From the NCBI GenBank assembly GCA_964549655.1, contig CAZJXN010000005.1, positions 6,220 to 70,219 on the forward strand: DNA of 64,000 bases. The letters run 5' to 3'. Of the stretch, positions 26,396 to 35,821 are shown piece by piece. How positions within the stretch are numbered: position 1 is the first letter of the stretch; every line of letters begins with the position of its first letter. The notes beneath the pieces were generated by a model, which was not told the origin of the DNA, ran no database searches, and worked only from the letters and a program-made list of their open reading frames with translations. Source of the DNA: an uncultured Saprospiraceae bacterium (GTDB lineage: Bacteria > Bacteroidota > Bacteroidia > Chitinophagales > Saprospiraceae). The position numbers were made by a program, and so were the translations under genes.

Positions 26396-28411
26396 ATGCG
26401 TATTTTACCCTTGCTGCTTTCCTTTCTTCCGGTATGCTCTATACTTGCGCAAACCACCCCTGAACGCCAAGCCGATTTTATAGTACGCTGGGAGACACCG
26501 AATATTTTGTTCGCTCCTGTTTTACCGCCGCTTACACAAATTGCCGGAGCGCCCACTACTTATTACGAACACTATTGGGAATTTGGGGATGGTATTTTTA
26601 GCTTTGCAGAAAACCCTATTCATATTTATGCAGATACCAGCGGACACGAGGTTTATTTTTTGGCAACTGGCAAATATGATAATGGCAAAGCCCCTAAATC
26701 ACGGAAGAAAAGAATAGAAGGGGCAAAGGAAAAACCGAAAACATTGGTAGCAGATGCTTCGTCAGCACCAAGTGTCTTGGAGGATGCCACGGCTTCCATC
26801 GGACTTCGCGCAGTGCGCAATCCGCGAGCAGGAGAGGAATTAGCGGTTATCTTAGCTTACGCGAATCATACGCCAGTGCCGCAATCCGGTAGATTATACT
26901 TGTTTTTCAATCAAAAATCTTACACAAATGACCACTTTAATTTTTTAGAAGCTCGAACGCACTATGGAGAAAGAGCAGAGAAAGAAGCACTCACTTGGAA
27001 TGGTTCAAACGATGCTACAAATGGCTGGACGGGCATTAAAAACAAATTAAATTGGTACGACGTAAGCTTGCCAGAAAAAGAACCAACGGAAGCGTTAAGC
27101 GAATTAAAAAATATTTACAAGACAAATAAAATCTGGAGTTTTAATGCCTTACAACCAGGAGAAGAACGAAACTTATTTATTTCTATAAATGCCAATGACC
27201 AAATGCTGGCAGATACGAATGCCATTATTACGGTTACAGGTTTGCTAATTTCGGATGACCAGCGCGTGGTAGAAGAATACGTCTTGGAAATGGAAATTGT
27301 CGCGTCGCATGACCCGAATTACATTGCGGTTTCTCAGCGGCGGATGAATTTTCGGCGTATTCGCAATAAAGATTTAGTATATAAAGTCCATTTTCAAAAT
27401 AATGGCGAAGGTCCTGCCAGCACCATCCAAATTACTTGCGACGTACCAATTGGACTGGATGCAACCGATTTACAAGTGCTCGATTTATATCCAAAATGCC
27501 TACTTTGCCCGGAACAAGCAGTAAATTTTAGTTGCCTTGACACTTCTTTTCAAGAAGGCAAAGTTATCTTCACTTTTAAAAATATCTACTTGCCTGGTAC
27601 GCGCCAAGAAGGTGTGAGCGACCGCGATTCTACAAAAGGTTTTGTCAAATACCGGCTTTTGCCCAGTAAAAAAATTCGCAAGTTGAGTTTCGATTCTCGT
27701 GCAAGCATTGTATTTGATAAAAACCCACCCATTCAAACCAATCGCACAGCAACGCATTTTAAACCGGGCATTTCACCGGGGATAATGGCAGGTTGGAATA
27801 TCTTTCCAGACAAGCCAAATCAAAATTATTTCTCTGTAGGAGTCAGTCTTGCGCCCTTCAAACCCTATCGCCGCTTTTTACAAGTAGAGTTTTGGACGGG
27901 TTTTCCAATTTTACCTACAACGGAGCGCAGCACTTTGCAAGATTCAACCAGTATACTTGATAGATCACAAGGCACATTGTTTATCATAGACTCCGTTACA
28001 ACCATTACTAGCCAAATTGAGCAAAATCCATTATATTTTAATGTCGTTCCATTACAGTTACGCAAGAATTTTACGAATTGGTTGGGGGTTAGTATTGGCG
28101 TATTGTTAAATGTAGAACTTCAACGCAATCAAATTACCGAGCAGCGCCTGTTAGAACGAAAAATTTATCGTACGCCCGAACCCAATGTCAACATCCCGCG
28201 CGAACGATTACAGCCTTTAACCGATTTATTTACCCAAGAGACAACAAATTCTACCAGCAATACAAAAGAATGGGTTGTAAATACCGCTCTTTTTGCCGAT
28301 ATTCAGCTCGGATTAGTGCGGCAAGGACCAGCATTGGGTCTACGCGGTATCTTATCGCTGGAAAAGACACCCAATTGGTATCTTTCGCTGTTTGCTTCTT
28401 GGAAGTTGTAG
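26396..28411 (+). CDS. Exported surface or outer-membrane protein: PKD-like segment, Bacteroidota cell-surface repeat domain, C-terminal beta-rich region
   Basis: Has a signal peptide and YWEFGDGIFSFAENPIHIY (PKD-like). SHDPNYIAV...VYKVHFQNNGEGPASTIQI...KGFVKYRL...ASIVFDKNPPIQTN is a repeat I associate with T9SS-type surface proteins. The last roughly 200 aa look like alternating beta strands. Confidence 0.6.
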   Translation: MRILPLLLSFLPVCSILAQTTPERQADFIVRWETPNILFAPVLPPLTQIAGAPTTYYEHYWEFGDGIFSFAENPIHIYADTSGHEVYFLATGKYDNGKAPKSRKKRIEGAKEKPKTLVADASSAPSVLEDATASIGLRAVRNPRAGEELAVILAYANHTPVPQSGRLYLFFNQKSYTNDHFNFLEARTHYGERAEKEALTWNGSNDATNGWTGIKNKLNWYDVSLPEKEPTEALSELKNIYKTNKIWSFNALQPGEERNLFISINANDQMLADTNAIITVTGLLISDDQRVVEEYVLEMEIVASHDPNYIAVSQRRMNFRRIRNKDLVYKVHFQNNGEGPASTIQITCDVPIGLDATDLQVLDLYPKCLLCPEQAVNFSCLDTSFQEGKVIFTFKNIYLPGTRQEGVSDRDSTKGFVKYRLLPSKKIRKLSFDSRASIVFDKNPPIQTNRTATHFKPGISPGIMAGWNIFPDKPNQNYFSVGVSLAPFKPYRRFLQVEFWTGFPILPTTERSTLQDSTSILDRSQGTLFIIDSVTTITSQIEQNPLYFNVVPLQLRKNFTNWLGVSIGVLLNVELQRNQITEQRLLERKIYRTPEPNVNIPRERLQPLTDLFTQETTNSTSNTKEWVVNTALFADIQLGLVRQGPALGLRGILSLEKTPNWYLSLFASWKL

Positions 28412-28617
28412 ATGTTTGCAATGTTTTAACCCACAGAGGACCCCGAATTTTGCAGCGGTTGGCTTCAAATTTATCCTTTGTTGTAGTTTAAAAAAGCGAG
28501 CATAATAAGAGAAAATCTCTGCGCCCTCTACGCCTCTGCGGTTTAAAAAGTGGATGTAAGGAGAGAAAAAAACCTAGCGTGCTCACTGGTAAAAATACCT
28601 TTTAAATACAACAATTC

Positions 28618-31452
28618 ATGGTTTCAAAGCGGACTACAATCTTCTTTCTTTTAATTTTAACCATCACGCTACTGCCCTTACCCGCGCAAGATTCCTTAAA
28701 AAATTGGGAAGAAAAAATTGCTGCGTTTGAAACCAACTCCAACATTGATAGTCTCGCCTATTACTACCAAAAAAAAGCCAATTATTACAAAAAAGCCGAC
28801 AATCTTGCCGCTTGGGTTTACTGTTATTGGGATTGGCAAGAAGCTGAGTTTGACAATTCTCAACAAGCGTTGGCAATATTAGACATTGCATTGCAAAAAA
28901 CTTGGCGTAAATCTAAAACCACTGCCGAATCGGAAGCAATACTTTGGGTACAAGTCAATCGAGGCTACCATTTATTTCAATTGAGTAGAATTGCTGCTGC
29001 TGTAAAAGCCTATGAAGAAGGGCTAAAATTATATCAGCAATATAAATTTACCAATTTTGAGTCGCTTGACTATCTCTATCTGCCATTAGGCGCACATTAT
29101 ACCCGCTTGGGTGACAATGAAAAAGCCCGTGCGCTCTACGAAAACGCAATTCAAACGCATCCGAACGGCGTTCAAGATAGCGCGTTGGCGGGATTATACA
29201 ATAATTTGGGACTCACTTATTGGAATGAAGGCAACCAACAAAATGCGATTACCACTTTTCAAAAAGGATTAGCTTGTCAGGGCATTCTACCGATTAAATT
29301 GGGCTTGTTGAAACTCTCTTTGGCACAAAGTTATCTTGGAACGAGGCAAATCAATAAAGCGGCACACTTTGTAGAAGAAGCTATTGCCATTTTGGATTCA
29401 ATCAAAACCACTTCGCCTAATGAGGAAGGCATTTTTGATTATTTGTCTGGTGCTTATTTGGTCAAAGCCAAGTTGTTAGGCATAAAAAGAGAAAATACCG
29501 CTGCGCTTTCTGATTTACAAAAGGCACTGGCTTACGGCAAAATTGGTCGGGGTACATCGCTGCACCGTGATATTGCCAAGATTCAAGTTGAGATTGGCAA
29601 ATGTTATCTTCAGGCAGGCAATTTAAATCAAGCGATAGCCGCTTTTAACGCCGCATTAGGCAGTCTGATTCCCAGATTTTCATCAAGTGATATCAATGCT
29701 TTGCCCAAGCCTGACCAGCTTTATGAAGAAAACACGATTTATGAAGCCCTCGAAGGAAAAGCGGACGTGCTGTCTGCATTGTATCAACAAAACAAAGACC
29801 TAAAATCTTTGCAGTTAGCGTTGGAATGCCATCAATTAGCCGGGCAAACGGAATTGTTACTGCGCCGTTTATTGCAATACGAATCTTCTAAAATAACACT
29901 CCTTTCCCAAAGTAGGCAGCGCGTGGAAAAAGTAATTGAGATAGCACATGAGCTATTTGTGGCAACCAGTGATTCCTATTTTTTGTATAAAGCTTGGACT
30001 TGTGCGGAGCAAGCTAAATCTACAATTCTACTGGAAGCTGTACAGCGTAACCGATTCAAAGATTTACTGACTTCTGATGATTCTCTACTCATTCAAGAAC
30101 GAAATATCCGACAACAAACTGCCTATTTTGAACGACTTTTATTATTAGAACCAAACTCTTTACAGCGACCAATCTGGCAACAACAACGCGCCGAACTCGT
30201 GCAACAATTAGCCGAAACGGAACAACAATTACAACAACAATACCCTGCATGGGCAACGCTACGGCGTCAAGCGGAAAGTTTTACAGCAACTTCTATTCAA
30301 TTGCTCCGCCAAACTTTACCCAATCATGCCGTTGTAGAATATTTTATCGGAGAAAAGCACATTGAAGTATTTGGACAATCTTCTAAAGGAAAAGTCGTCT
30401 GGAAAAGAATAGAACAACCCGATTCTGTAGCAACTAAAACCAAAAACTTACTATTGCTTTTACAATCTCGTTCCGCCATGCAATCGCCTAATGAATATCG
30501 TAAATTGGCTTATGAAATCTATCAATCTGTACTACAACCTGCACTAAATAATTTAGATACAAATACTAAAAATATTCTAATCGTGCCTGACGCTTGGCTG
30601 GCTTTCTTGCCGTTTGAAGCATTGTACAATGAGGCTGCACCGGAAGTAGGGTGGGAACGTGCACCTTTTTTACTGCGGCATTGTGGAATTCATTACGCTT
30701 TTTCATTGGCAGTGTTGGAAAGCCAGCGTCAGATATCCACAAAAGCAAAGTATAATGTATTGCAAATAGCTCCACGTTTTATTGCAAAACAGCGTGGATT
30801 GTCTCCACTATTGCACAGTCAGGAAGAAACGCCCGTCAAGCAAGCGTGCCAGAGCCAACAGTATTTTGATAGACAAGCCAATTTTGAGCAACTAAAGCAA
30901 ACCGCTGCTAACTATCGCATTCTACACCTTTCTACCCACGCTGGAGTGGATTCAAACGGAGGCTTGCCGCGTGTGGAATTGTATGACCGCCCTGCCTATC
31001 TGCCCGACATCTATGCGTTACCTTTGCAAGCCGACTTAGTAGTATTAAGCGCCTGTCAAACTGGGTTGGGGCAATTTCACAAAGGGGAGGGTGTGATGAG
31101 CCTGTCGCGCGCTTTCACGTATGCTGGAGTAAAAGGACTTGTATCCAGTTTATGGATAATTAATGAAGCAGCTACTGCCAATATCTTTTATCGGATGTAC
31201 GGCTACCTGCAAGCCGGTGTCACTAAGCCAACCGCCTTACGCAATGCTAAAATAGCCTACTTGGACGATGCGAACGTACCCGCTTTTCAAAAATCACCTT
31301 ATTATTGGTCAGGATTGGTTTATCTTGGAGATGAGCGTGCTGTTAAGTGGAAAAATTGTGCTTCTTATAAACGGGTGCTTGTGTTAATTCTATTAGGAAT
31401 AATAAGTGTTGCTGTAGTATTTGTAAAATGGAGAAAAAGCCCATCTTTTTAA
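28618..31452 (+). CDS. TPR-repeat plus CHAT-domain (caspase-like) protein with an N-terminal signal peptide and a C-terminal TM anchor
   Basis: TPR-like repeats cover residues roughly 100-380. The CHAT catalytic dyad context is ILHLSTHAGVD and LVVLSACQTGLG, and YYWSGLVYLGD lies near the end. The TM segment is VLVLILLGIISVAVVFV. Confidence 0.9.
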   Translation: MVSKRTTIFFLLILTITLLPLPAQDSLKNWEEKIAAFETNSNIDSLAYYYQKKANYYKKADNLAAWVYCYWDWQEAEFDNSQQALAILDIALQKTWRKSKTTAESEAILWVQVNRGYHLFQLSRIAAAVKAYEEGLKLYQQYKFTNFESLDYLYLPLGAHYTRLGDNEKARALYENAIQTHPNGVQDSALAGLYNNLGLTYWNEGNQQNAITTFQKGLACQGILPIKLGLLKLSLAQSYLGTRQINKAAHFVEEAIAILDSIKTTSPNEEGIFDYLSGAYLVKAKLLGIKRENTAALSDLQKALAYGKIGRGTSLHRDIAKIQVEIGKCYLQAGNLNQAIAAFNAALGSLIPRFSSSDINALPKPDQLYEENTIYEALEGKADVLSALYQQNKDLKSLQLALECHQLAGQTELLLRRLLQYESSKITLLSQSRQRVEKVIEIAHELFVATSDSYFLYKAWTCAEQAKSTILLEAVQRNRFKDLLTSDDSLLIQERNIRQQTAYFERLLLLEPNSLQRPIWQQQRAELVQQLAETEQQLQQQYPAWATLRRQAESFTATSIQLLRQTLPNHAVVEYFIGEKHIEVFGQSSKGKVVWKRIEQPDSVATKTKNLLLLLQSRSAMQSPNEYRKLAYEIYQSVLQPALNNLDTNTKNILIVPDAWLAFLPFEALYNEAAPEVGWERAPFLLRHCGIHYAFSLAVLESQRQISTKAKYNVLQIAPRFIAKQRGLSPLLHSQEETPVKQACQSQQYFDRQANFEQLKQTAANYRILHLSTHAGVDSNGGLPRVELYDRPAYLPDIYALPLQADLVVLSACQTGLGQFHKGEGVMSLSRAFTYAGVKGLVSSLWIINEAATANIFYRMYGYLQAGVTKPTALRNAKIAYLDDANVPAFQKSPYYWSGLVYLGDERAVKWKNCASYKRVLVLILLGIISVAVVFVKWRKSPSF

Positions 31453-31475
31453 ATAGCAGATGGGCTCCTGTTTTT
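31438..31475 (+). terminator. Rho-independent terminator overlapping the end of the CHAT gene
   Basis: The stem is AGCCCATCT (31438-31446) paired with AGATGGGCT (31458-31466), followed by CCTGTTTTT. Confidence 0.65.
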
Positions 31476-31476
31476 C

Positions 31477-31845
31477 CTATTTAGTTTTAACCACGCGAGG
31501 GGTATCATTTACTTCAAAACCCCACTCGCCCAACTTTTTAGGTGTTTTGCTGAAGACGGCTTTAAGGAGGTCACGACTACTGCGTACCAATCCGGTTACA
31601 TCTCCCATAAGGCGGTCTCGCTCGCGGTAGGCTTGCTCTGCTCGGCGCGTGTACTCTTCTGCTTCATCGTGCTTGGCGGAAGCAAGTGGCAGGTTGGGTC
31701 CATGGTCGTTCCAATTGTAATCAGAGAGGCTGTTAAGCGGGCTTTTAGTACCGTCCGCTAAATGCTTGTTGTAAATGAGCGTTCCCAGCTTGAGCAATTC
31801 CCCAATGTTGGTCGGTACGACAATGCGAATAGAAATGGTTTTCAT
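31477..31845 (-). CDS. Hypothetical protein (122 aa)
   Basis: It is a clean ORF between a terminator and a long upstream non-coding region. I recognised no motif. Confidence 0.5.
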   Translation of the reverse strand: MKTISIRIVVPTNIGELLKLGTLIYNKHLADGTKSPLNSLSDYNWNDHGPNLPLASAKHDEAEEYTRRAEQAYRERDRLMGDVTGLVRSSRDLLKAVFSKTPKKLGEWGFEVNDTPRVVKTK

Positions 31846-32094
31846 AGAAAGTGTAAATTAGTTATAAAATAGAATTAAAAATCACACTTTTAGTGTGTTT
31901 ACTTGTGGGCTCTATGCTACCTTTTTCCTTTGTGTTTTGCTATTTGGGCGGAGTGCTGTTTGGATTGGATAGTATTACTTAAACTAATGTAGCGGTAAAA
32001 ATACATAACAAAGCTTAATTACACAATATATATAAAGATTTTTTTAAAAACAATATCTTGAAATATGATAAAAAGCAATCAGAATGCTATGAAA

Positions 32095-32346
32095 GGGTCC
32101 TAGAATGTTCAAAATGGGTAATTGATTGTTAGAATAGGGTCTTAGAGACTTTGAAACGGGTATTTTATTATTCCAATGGGGTCTTAGAACACTTTAATAT
32201 CCTTTTGGATGCTTCTAAGAGGGTCTTAGAAGCATCCAAAAGGATATTTTATCATTTTAAGAGGGGCTTAGAACGTTCTAAGCGGGTAATTTATCGTTCG
32301 GATTGGCTTTCTGATGCTTTTGATAGGCTATTTATTATTTTCCCTA
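32095..32346. repeat. Tandem array with an exact 42-bp period, 5 good units plus 1 degenerate
   Basis: GGGTCTTAGAA-type boxes occur at 32095, 32137, 32179, 32221 and 32263. A second GGGTAWTTTAT box lies about 22 nt into the units. A perfect 25-bp inverted repeat spans units 3-4 (32196-32248). Confidence 0.9.
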
Positions 32347-32394
32347 CCTTTTCTACATTTGTACAGGCTACTTCATTGTACATCTTTAATAAAT

Positions 32395-34854
32395 CTACTT
32401 CACCACCGGCAGCGCGATATACGAAGCCGAGCCGCTATTTCTAAAAATGCGATGCTCCGCTTTTTGATAATCAGCAGCTTTGGCTAAAAAGATGTTTGGC
32501 ACGTATTTCTGCGGGTTGCGGTCAATGAGCGGAAACCAGGTGCTTTGCACTTGCACCATGATTTTATGTCCTTTTTTGAATACATGGTCGGATTCTAATA
32601 AATTGACGACGTACGCGTTGACTTCATTCGATTTGACTGGCTCTGGTTTTTCAAAACTTTTGCGAAAACGACCGCGCAGCACATCAGCAGTAACAATCTG
32701 TTGGTAGCCACTCATTTCAAAATCTTTTTCGTAATCATTGGGGTATACATCTATCAATTTCACGATCCAATCTGCATCAGAAGCACTGGTGGAAGCGAAC
32801 AGATGCGCCAATACCTTTCCGGAAATCGTCATATCTTCTTGCAAAACCGTCGTTTCCCAACTCAATACATCGGAGCGATTATGCACAAAACGCTGGTCTT
32901 CCGTCATCCAAGTGAACCAACGCGAGCCACGCCCGTAAGTCTGCTCGATGGGGCGCGGACGATACGGCACGGGATGCGCGGGGTCGGAAATGTAGCTGTC
33001 GTAAGCAGTTGTCGCAGGGGCAGTTGGTTTATCAAAAGACAATTTCCCATTGGCATGGAAGTATAAATTTTGCTGCGCGGCTTGCTTCGGAGTCCACGAG
33101 TCGTAGTTTTTCCATTGGTTGGAGCCAGTTTGGAACGTAATCGCTTCCGCAAACTTACCATCGCCTTTGCCTTTCAGGTGATATTGAAACCAAGTCAGTT
33201 GAATGTTTTCGCGGAAGGTTTTTGCTGTGGCAGTATCAAATTGCAAATTGCCCAAACTACTCCCGTCACTTCTTGCCCAGCCGCCGTGATTCCAAGGTCC
33301 AATGACGATGTGGTTCAACTTATTCTTATCTTTCTTTTCCAACAAATCATACATGAAGAGTGGCCCTGCAAAATCTTCTTGGTCAAACCAACCTGCTACG
33401 TGCTGCGTCGGTACGGTCAGTTCCCGATTTTCAAAACGATACAATAACGATTGGCGTTTCCAAAAATCATCATAGTTCGGATGGTTTACAAAATTATCCC
33501 AAGACGGAATCTTGTGGTGAAAATATTTATCATTTACATTCGACAAAGGACCGAGTTTCAAATACCAATCATAATTATCGTAGGTGTCAAACGGAAACAG
33601 CGTATCCGTCTTACCCGCTTCTTCCATGAAGGCATAATCAAATCCATAGCTCAGGCGGAACGCGCCATTGTGGTGCATATCGTCGTTGATGAACCAATCG
33701 GCGGGCGTGGCTTGCTCCGATGCTGCTTTAAGTGCCGAATGTGGGTCAATCAATGCCATCATCGTCGTCCAGCCGCTATACGAAATCCCAAAAATCCCGG
33801 CTCTGCCATTATTATTGCCTATATTTTTCAACAGCCAGTCAATCGTATCATACGTGTCGGTACTTTCATCTGTCCCTTTGGCATCTTTGGGGTCGTGCGT
33901 CATGCGCAGCATTTCAAATTTGCCTTCCGAATCATACCGCCCGCGAATATCCTGTTCTACAAAAATAAAACCTTCTGTGGCAAGCTCTGAATTGGTGAAC
34001 TCCGGCGAAGGTCTTTCAGAAACTCCGTAAGGCGTACGCATCAGCAGGAAAGGCAGCGGCTCCGCGCGGTCACGTGGGACATAAATGACCGTATTTAATT
34101 TGATCCCGTCGCGCATCGAAATTTGCACCGTTTTCTTTTCATAATTTAAAACCGCAGGCAGCCTACCCAAAGTCTCAAACGACATATCCATCGGCTCGTA
34201 CGACTTCCAGCCATTAAAATTATAATGCCACCATTCGGAAGGTTCTACTGTAAAACCGTGCTTCGTCATGACAGACTTCAATAGCTCTCTATTCTTTAGC
34301 ACGGCAGGGTCTGGCACGGGCGCGTCCGCCCACGATTCCTTGATGGCGCTATCATAAGGCGTTGGCATTGTCAATTCATTCCCTGTTTTCAAATCTACCA
34401 GCGTCAAATCCAGCGCACAGCCGCGATTGTGTTTTGAACCTGTCCATGGCGATGCCACATACGTAGAATCCGGAAAACTTTCATAGAATTGCACCGTGAC
34501 GGCATACGGGCGATACCCATCATAAATCTTCACGCCCAGCCCTTGCGCATTTAGTTCGGTTTGTATTTTTTGTAAGGCTCGCACCACCGGAAGCCGGGCA
34601 AATGCTTTGGCTTCTTGATAAAATACTTTGTGTAGGAAGTTATTTTCTGTCGCGTAGCGAATATCGAGTGCCGCATTGGGGATATGCTTTCTGATTTCTA
34701 CGAGTGCCTTGTTACTATCGGTTTGCACTTGCGCCACATATGCCCATACGTCGCTCACTACCGCGAGCGGGTAGCCGTATTTATTGTTTTCTTGGGCGAA
34801 GAGGAATTGGAGCGGCAGGATAATGGCTAAGAGAAAGAAAAGTTGGGTTCTCAT
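32395..34854 (-). CDS. Fusion protein: M15 D-Ala-D-Ala dipeptidase (VanX-like) N-terminal domain plus CocE/NonD-family (S15 X-Pro dipeptidyl-peptidase-like) hydrolase
   Basis: The N-terminal part has DIRYATENNFL, YDGYRPY, SKHNRGCALDLTL and EWWHY. The C-terminal part has RTPYG, the GISYSGW nucleophile elbow and a C-terminal beta-sandwich. A signal peptide is present. Confidence 0.85.
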   Translation of the reverse strand: MRTQLFFLLAIILPLQFLFAQENNKYGYPLAVVSDVWAYVAQVQTDSNKALVEIRKHIPNAALDIRYATENNFLHKVFYQEAKAFARLPVVRALQKIQTELNAQGLGVKIYDGYRPYAVTVQFYESFPDSTYVASPWTGSKHNRGCALDLTLVDLKTGNELTMPTPYDSAIKESWADAPVPDPAVLKNRELLKSVMTKHGFTVEPSEWWHYNFNGWKSYEPMDMSFETLGRLPAVLNYEKKTVQISMRDGIKLNTVIYVPRDRAEPLPFLLMRTPYGVSERPSPEFTNSELATEGFIFVEQDIRGRYDSEGKFEMLRMTHDPKDAKGTDESTDTYDTIDWLLKNIGNNNGRAGIFGISYSGWTTMMALIDPHSALKAASEQATPADWFINDDMHHNGAFRLSYGFDYAFMEEAGKTDTLFPFDTYDNYDWYLKLGPLSNVNDKYFHHKIPSWDNFVNHPNYDDFWKRQSLLYRFENRELTVPTQHVAGWFDQEDFAGPLFMYDLLEKKDKNKLNHIVIGPWNHGGWARSDGSSLGNLQFDTATAKTFRENIQLTWFQYHLKGKGDGKFAEAITFQTGSNQWKNYDSWTPKQAAQQNLYFHANGKLSFDKPTAPATTAYDSYISDPAHPVPYRPRPIEQTYGRGSRWFTWMTEDQRFVHNRSDVLSWETTVLQEDMTISGKVLAHLFASTSASDADWIVKLIDVYPNDYEKDFEMSGYQQIVTADVLRGRFRKSFEKPEPVKSNEVNAYVVNLLESDHVFKKGHKIMVQVQSTWFPLIDRNPQKYVPNIFLAKAADYQKAEHRIFRNSGSASYIALPVVK

Positions 34855-34971
34855 GTCTGTGTTTTAGGTGTTTGCAATGGTAATGATAGTAGATGCAAGA
34901 TAGAATTTGTCGCGGAGATTTTATCCGTTCTTGTATAATGGAATGCGAATGGCGAGCTAACGATTGGACAT

Positions 34972-35643
34972 CTATTTAAAGTCATCACAAAAGGCGAGTT
35001 CTATCTTTTTTCGAATATTTTCATGGAATTCTGCTATTGCTTTGCCATGTAATGTTGGATATAATATTTTGTCTCGAAATGCGGAGTTGCTTCGGTAAAT
35101 TGTTTTGTGCTCAATTCTGGTGAAGCCTTCAGCAGTGGAGGTAAATGTCAAGAGTTGTGTGCCAATAGAAGCTCCTTTTTCTAAATAGCAGATTTTTATA
35201 AATTTTCCCGTTTCATTTACTTCCATGATTTCGTGCGACACGGCTACATTTATCAACCCACCCAATAATCTTAAATTCATGAAAAGTAATTGTCCAGCCG
35301 CTAAACCGCTAAAATCATCTTCGAGATAGGTAATTTTACCCTGCTGACGGTCATATTGACAACCAAAAGTGACCATTTTTCCCTTCCACGTTTCGCTCGG
35401 AGCGATAGTGGTATAGGTTTTCCAGACGATTGTACTATCTTTTTTAACTAAAAAGGCTTTAAAATGCGCCCGATAGGGGAGGGGGTTTTCTTTTTGATAG
35501 CAAATCGCTTTCAATTTTGCAAAGGCTTCTACTGTAAATAACTGCTCGGATTGTAATAAGGATTTTACTTTTTTTTGTGGAATTTTTTCAAAATCAACGA
35601 AACCCTTGGAATTAGACTGATTATCTGATGTTGGAATATTCAT
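34972..35643 (-). CDS. Hypothetical protein (223 aa)
   Basis: It is a long, isolated ORF with coding-like composition. I recognised no family. Confidence 0.5.
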   Translation of the reverse strand: MNIPTSDNQSNSKGFVDFEKIPQKKVKSLLQSEQLFTVEAFAKLKAICYQKENPLPYRAHFKAFLVKKDSTIVWKTYTTIAPSETWKGKMVTFGCQYDRQQGKITYLEDDFSGLAAGQLLFMNLRLLGGLINVAVSHEIMEVNETGKFIKICYLEKGASIGTQLLTFTSTAEGFTRIEHKTIYRSNSAFRDKILYPTLHGKAIAEFHENIRKKIELAFCDDFK

Positions 35644-35821
35644 AAAAATAAAATAAAGAATTTTTTTGTAATAATTAATTCAAAGTTAATAATTTTCATT
35701 GAAAGACAAGAGATTTTTAGTAAGTAGATTGATGTTAATTTGGAAGGGTTTTCTCCATTTTCGAACCAAGTATCGTTTTTTTGCGTATTTCTCCCTAAAT
35801 TAGCGCATCAATTTAACCCAA

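Noticed and set aside
32151-32444. 97-aa ORF with a 14-aa periodicity (KRVFYY.../KRVLEAS.../KRIFYHF...)
   Set aside because: The periodicity simply reflects the 42-bp DNA tandem repeat. The ORF overlaps the 3' end of the opposite-strand VanX-CocE gene and has no supporting features. It is kept only as an alternative in the tandem-repeat finding.
32480-34030. Cluster of plus-strand ORFs (75-179 aa) opposite the VanX-CocE fusion gene
   Set aside because: They are antisense frames within a strongly supported 819-aa gene. Their sequences are low-complexity or Arg-rich, typical of shadow ORFs.
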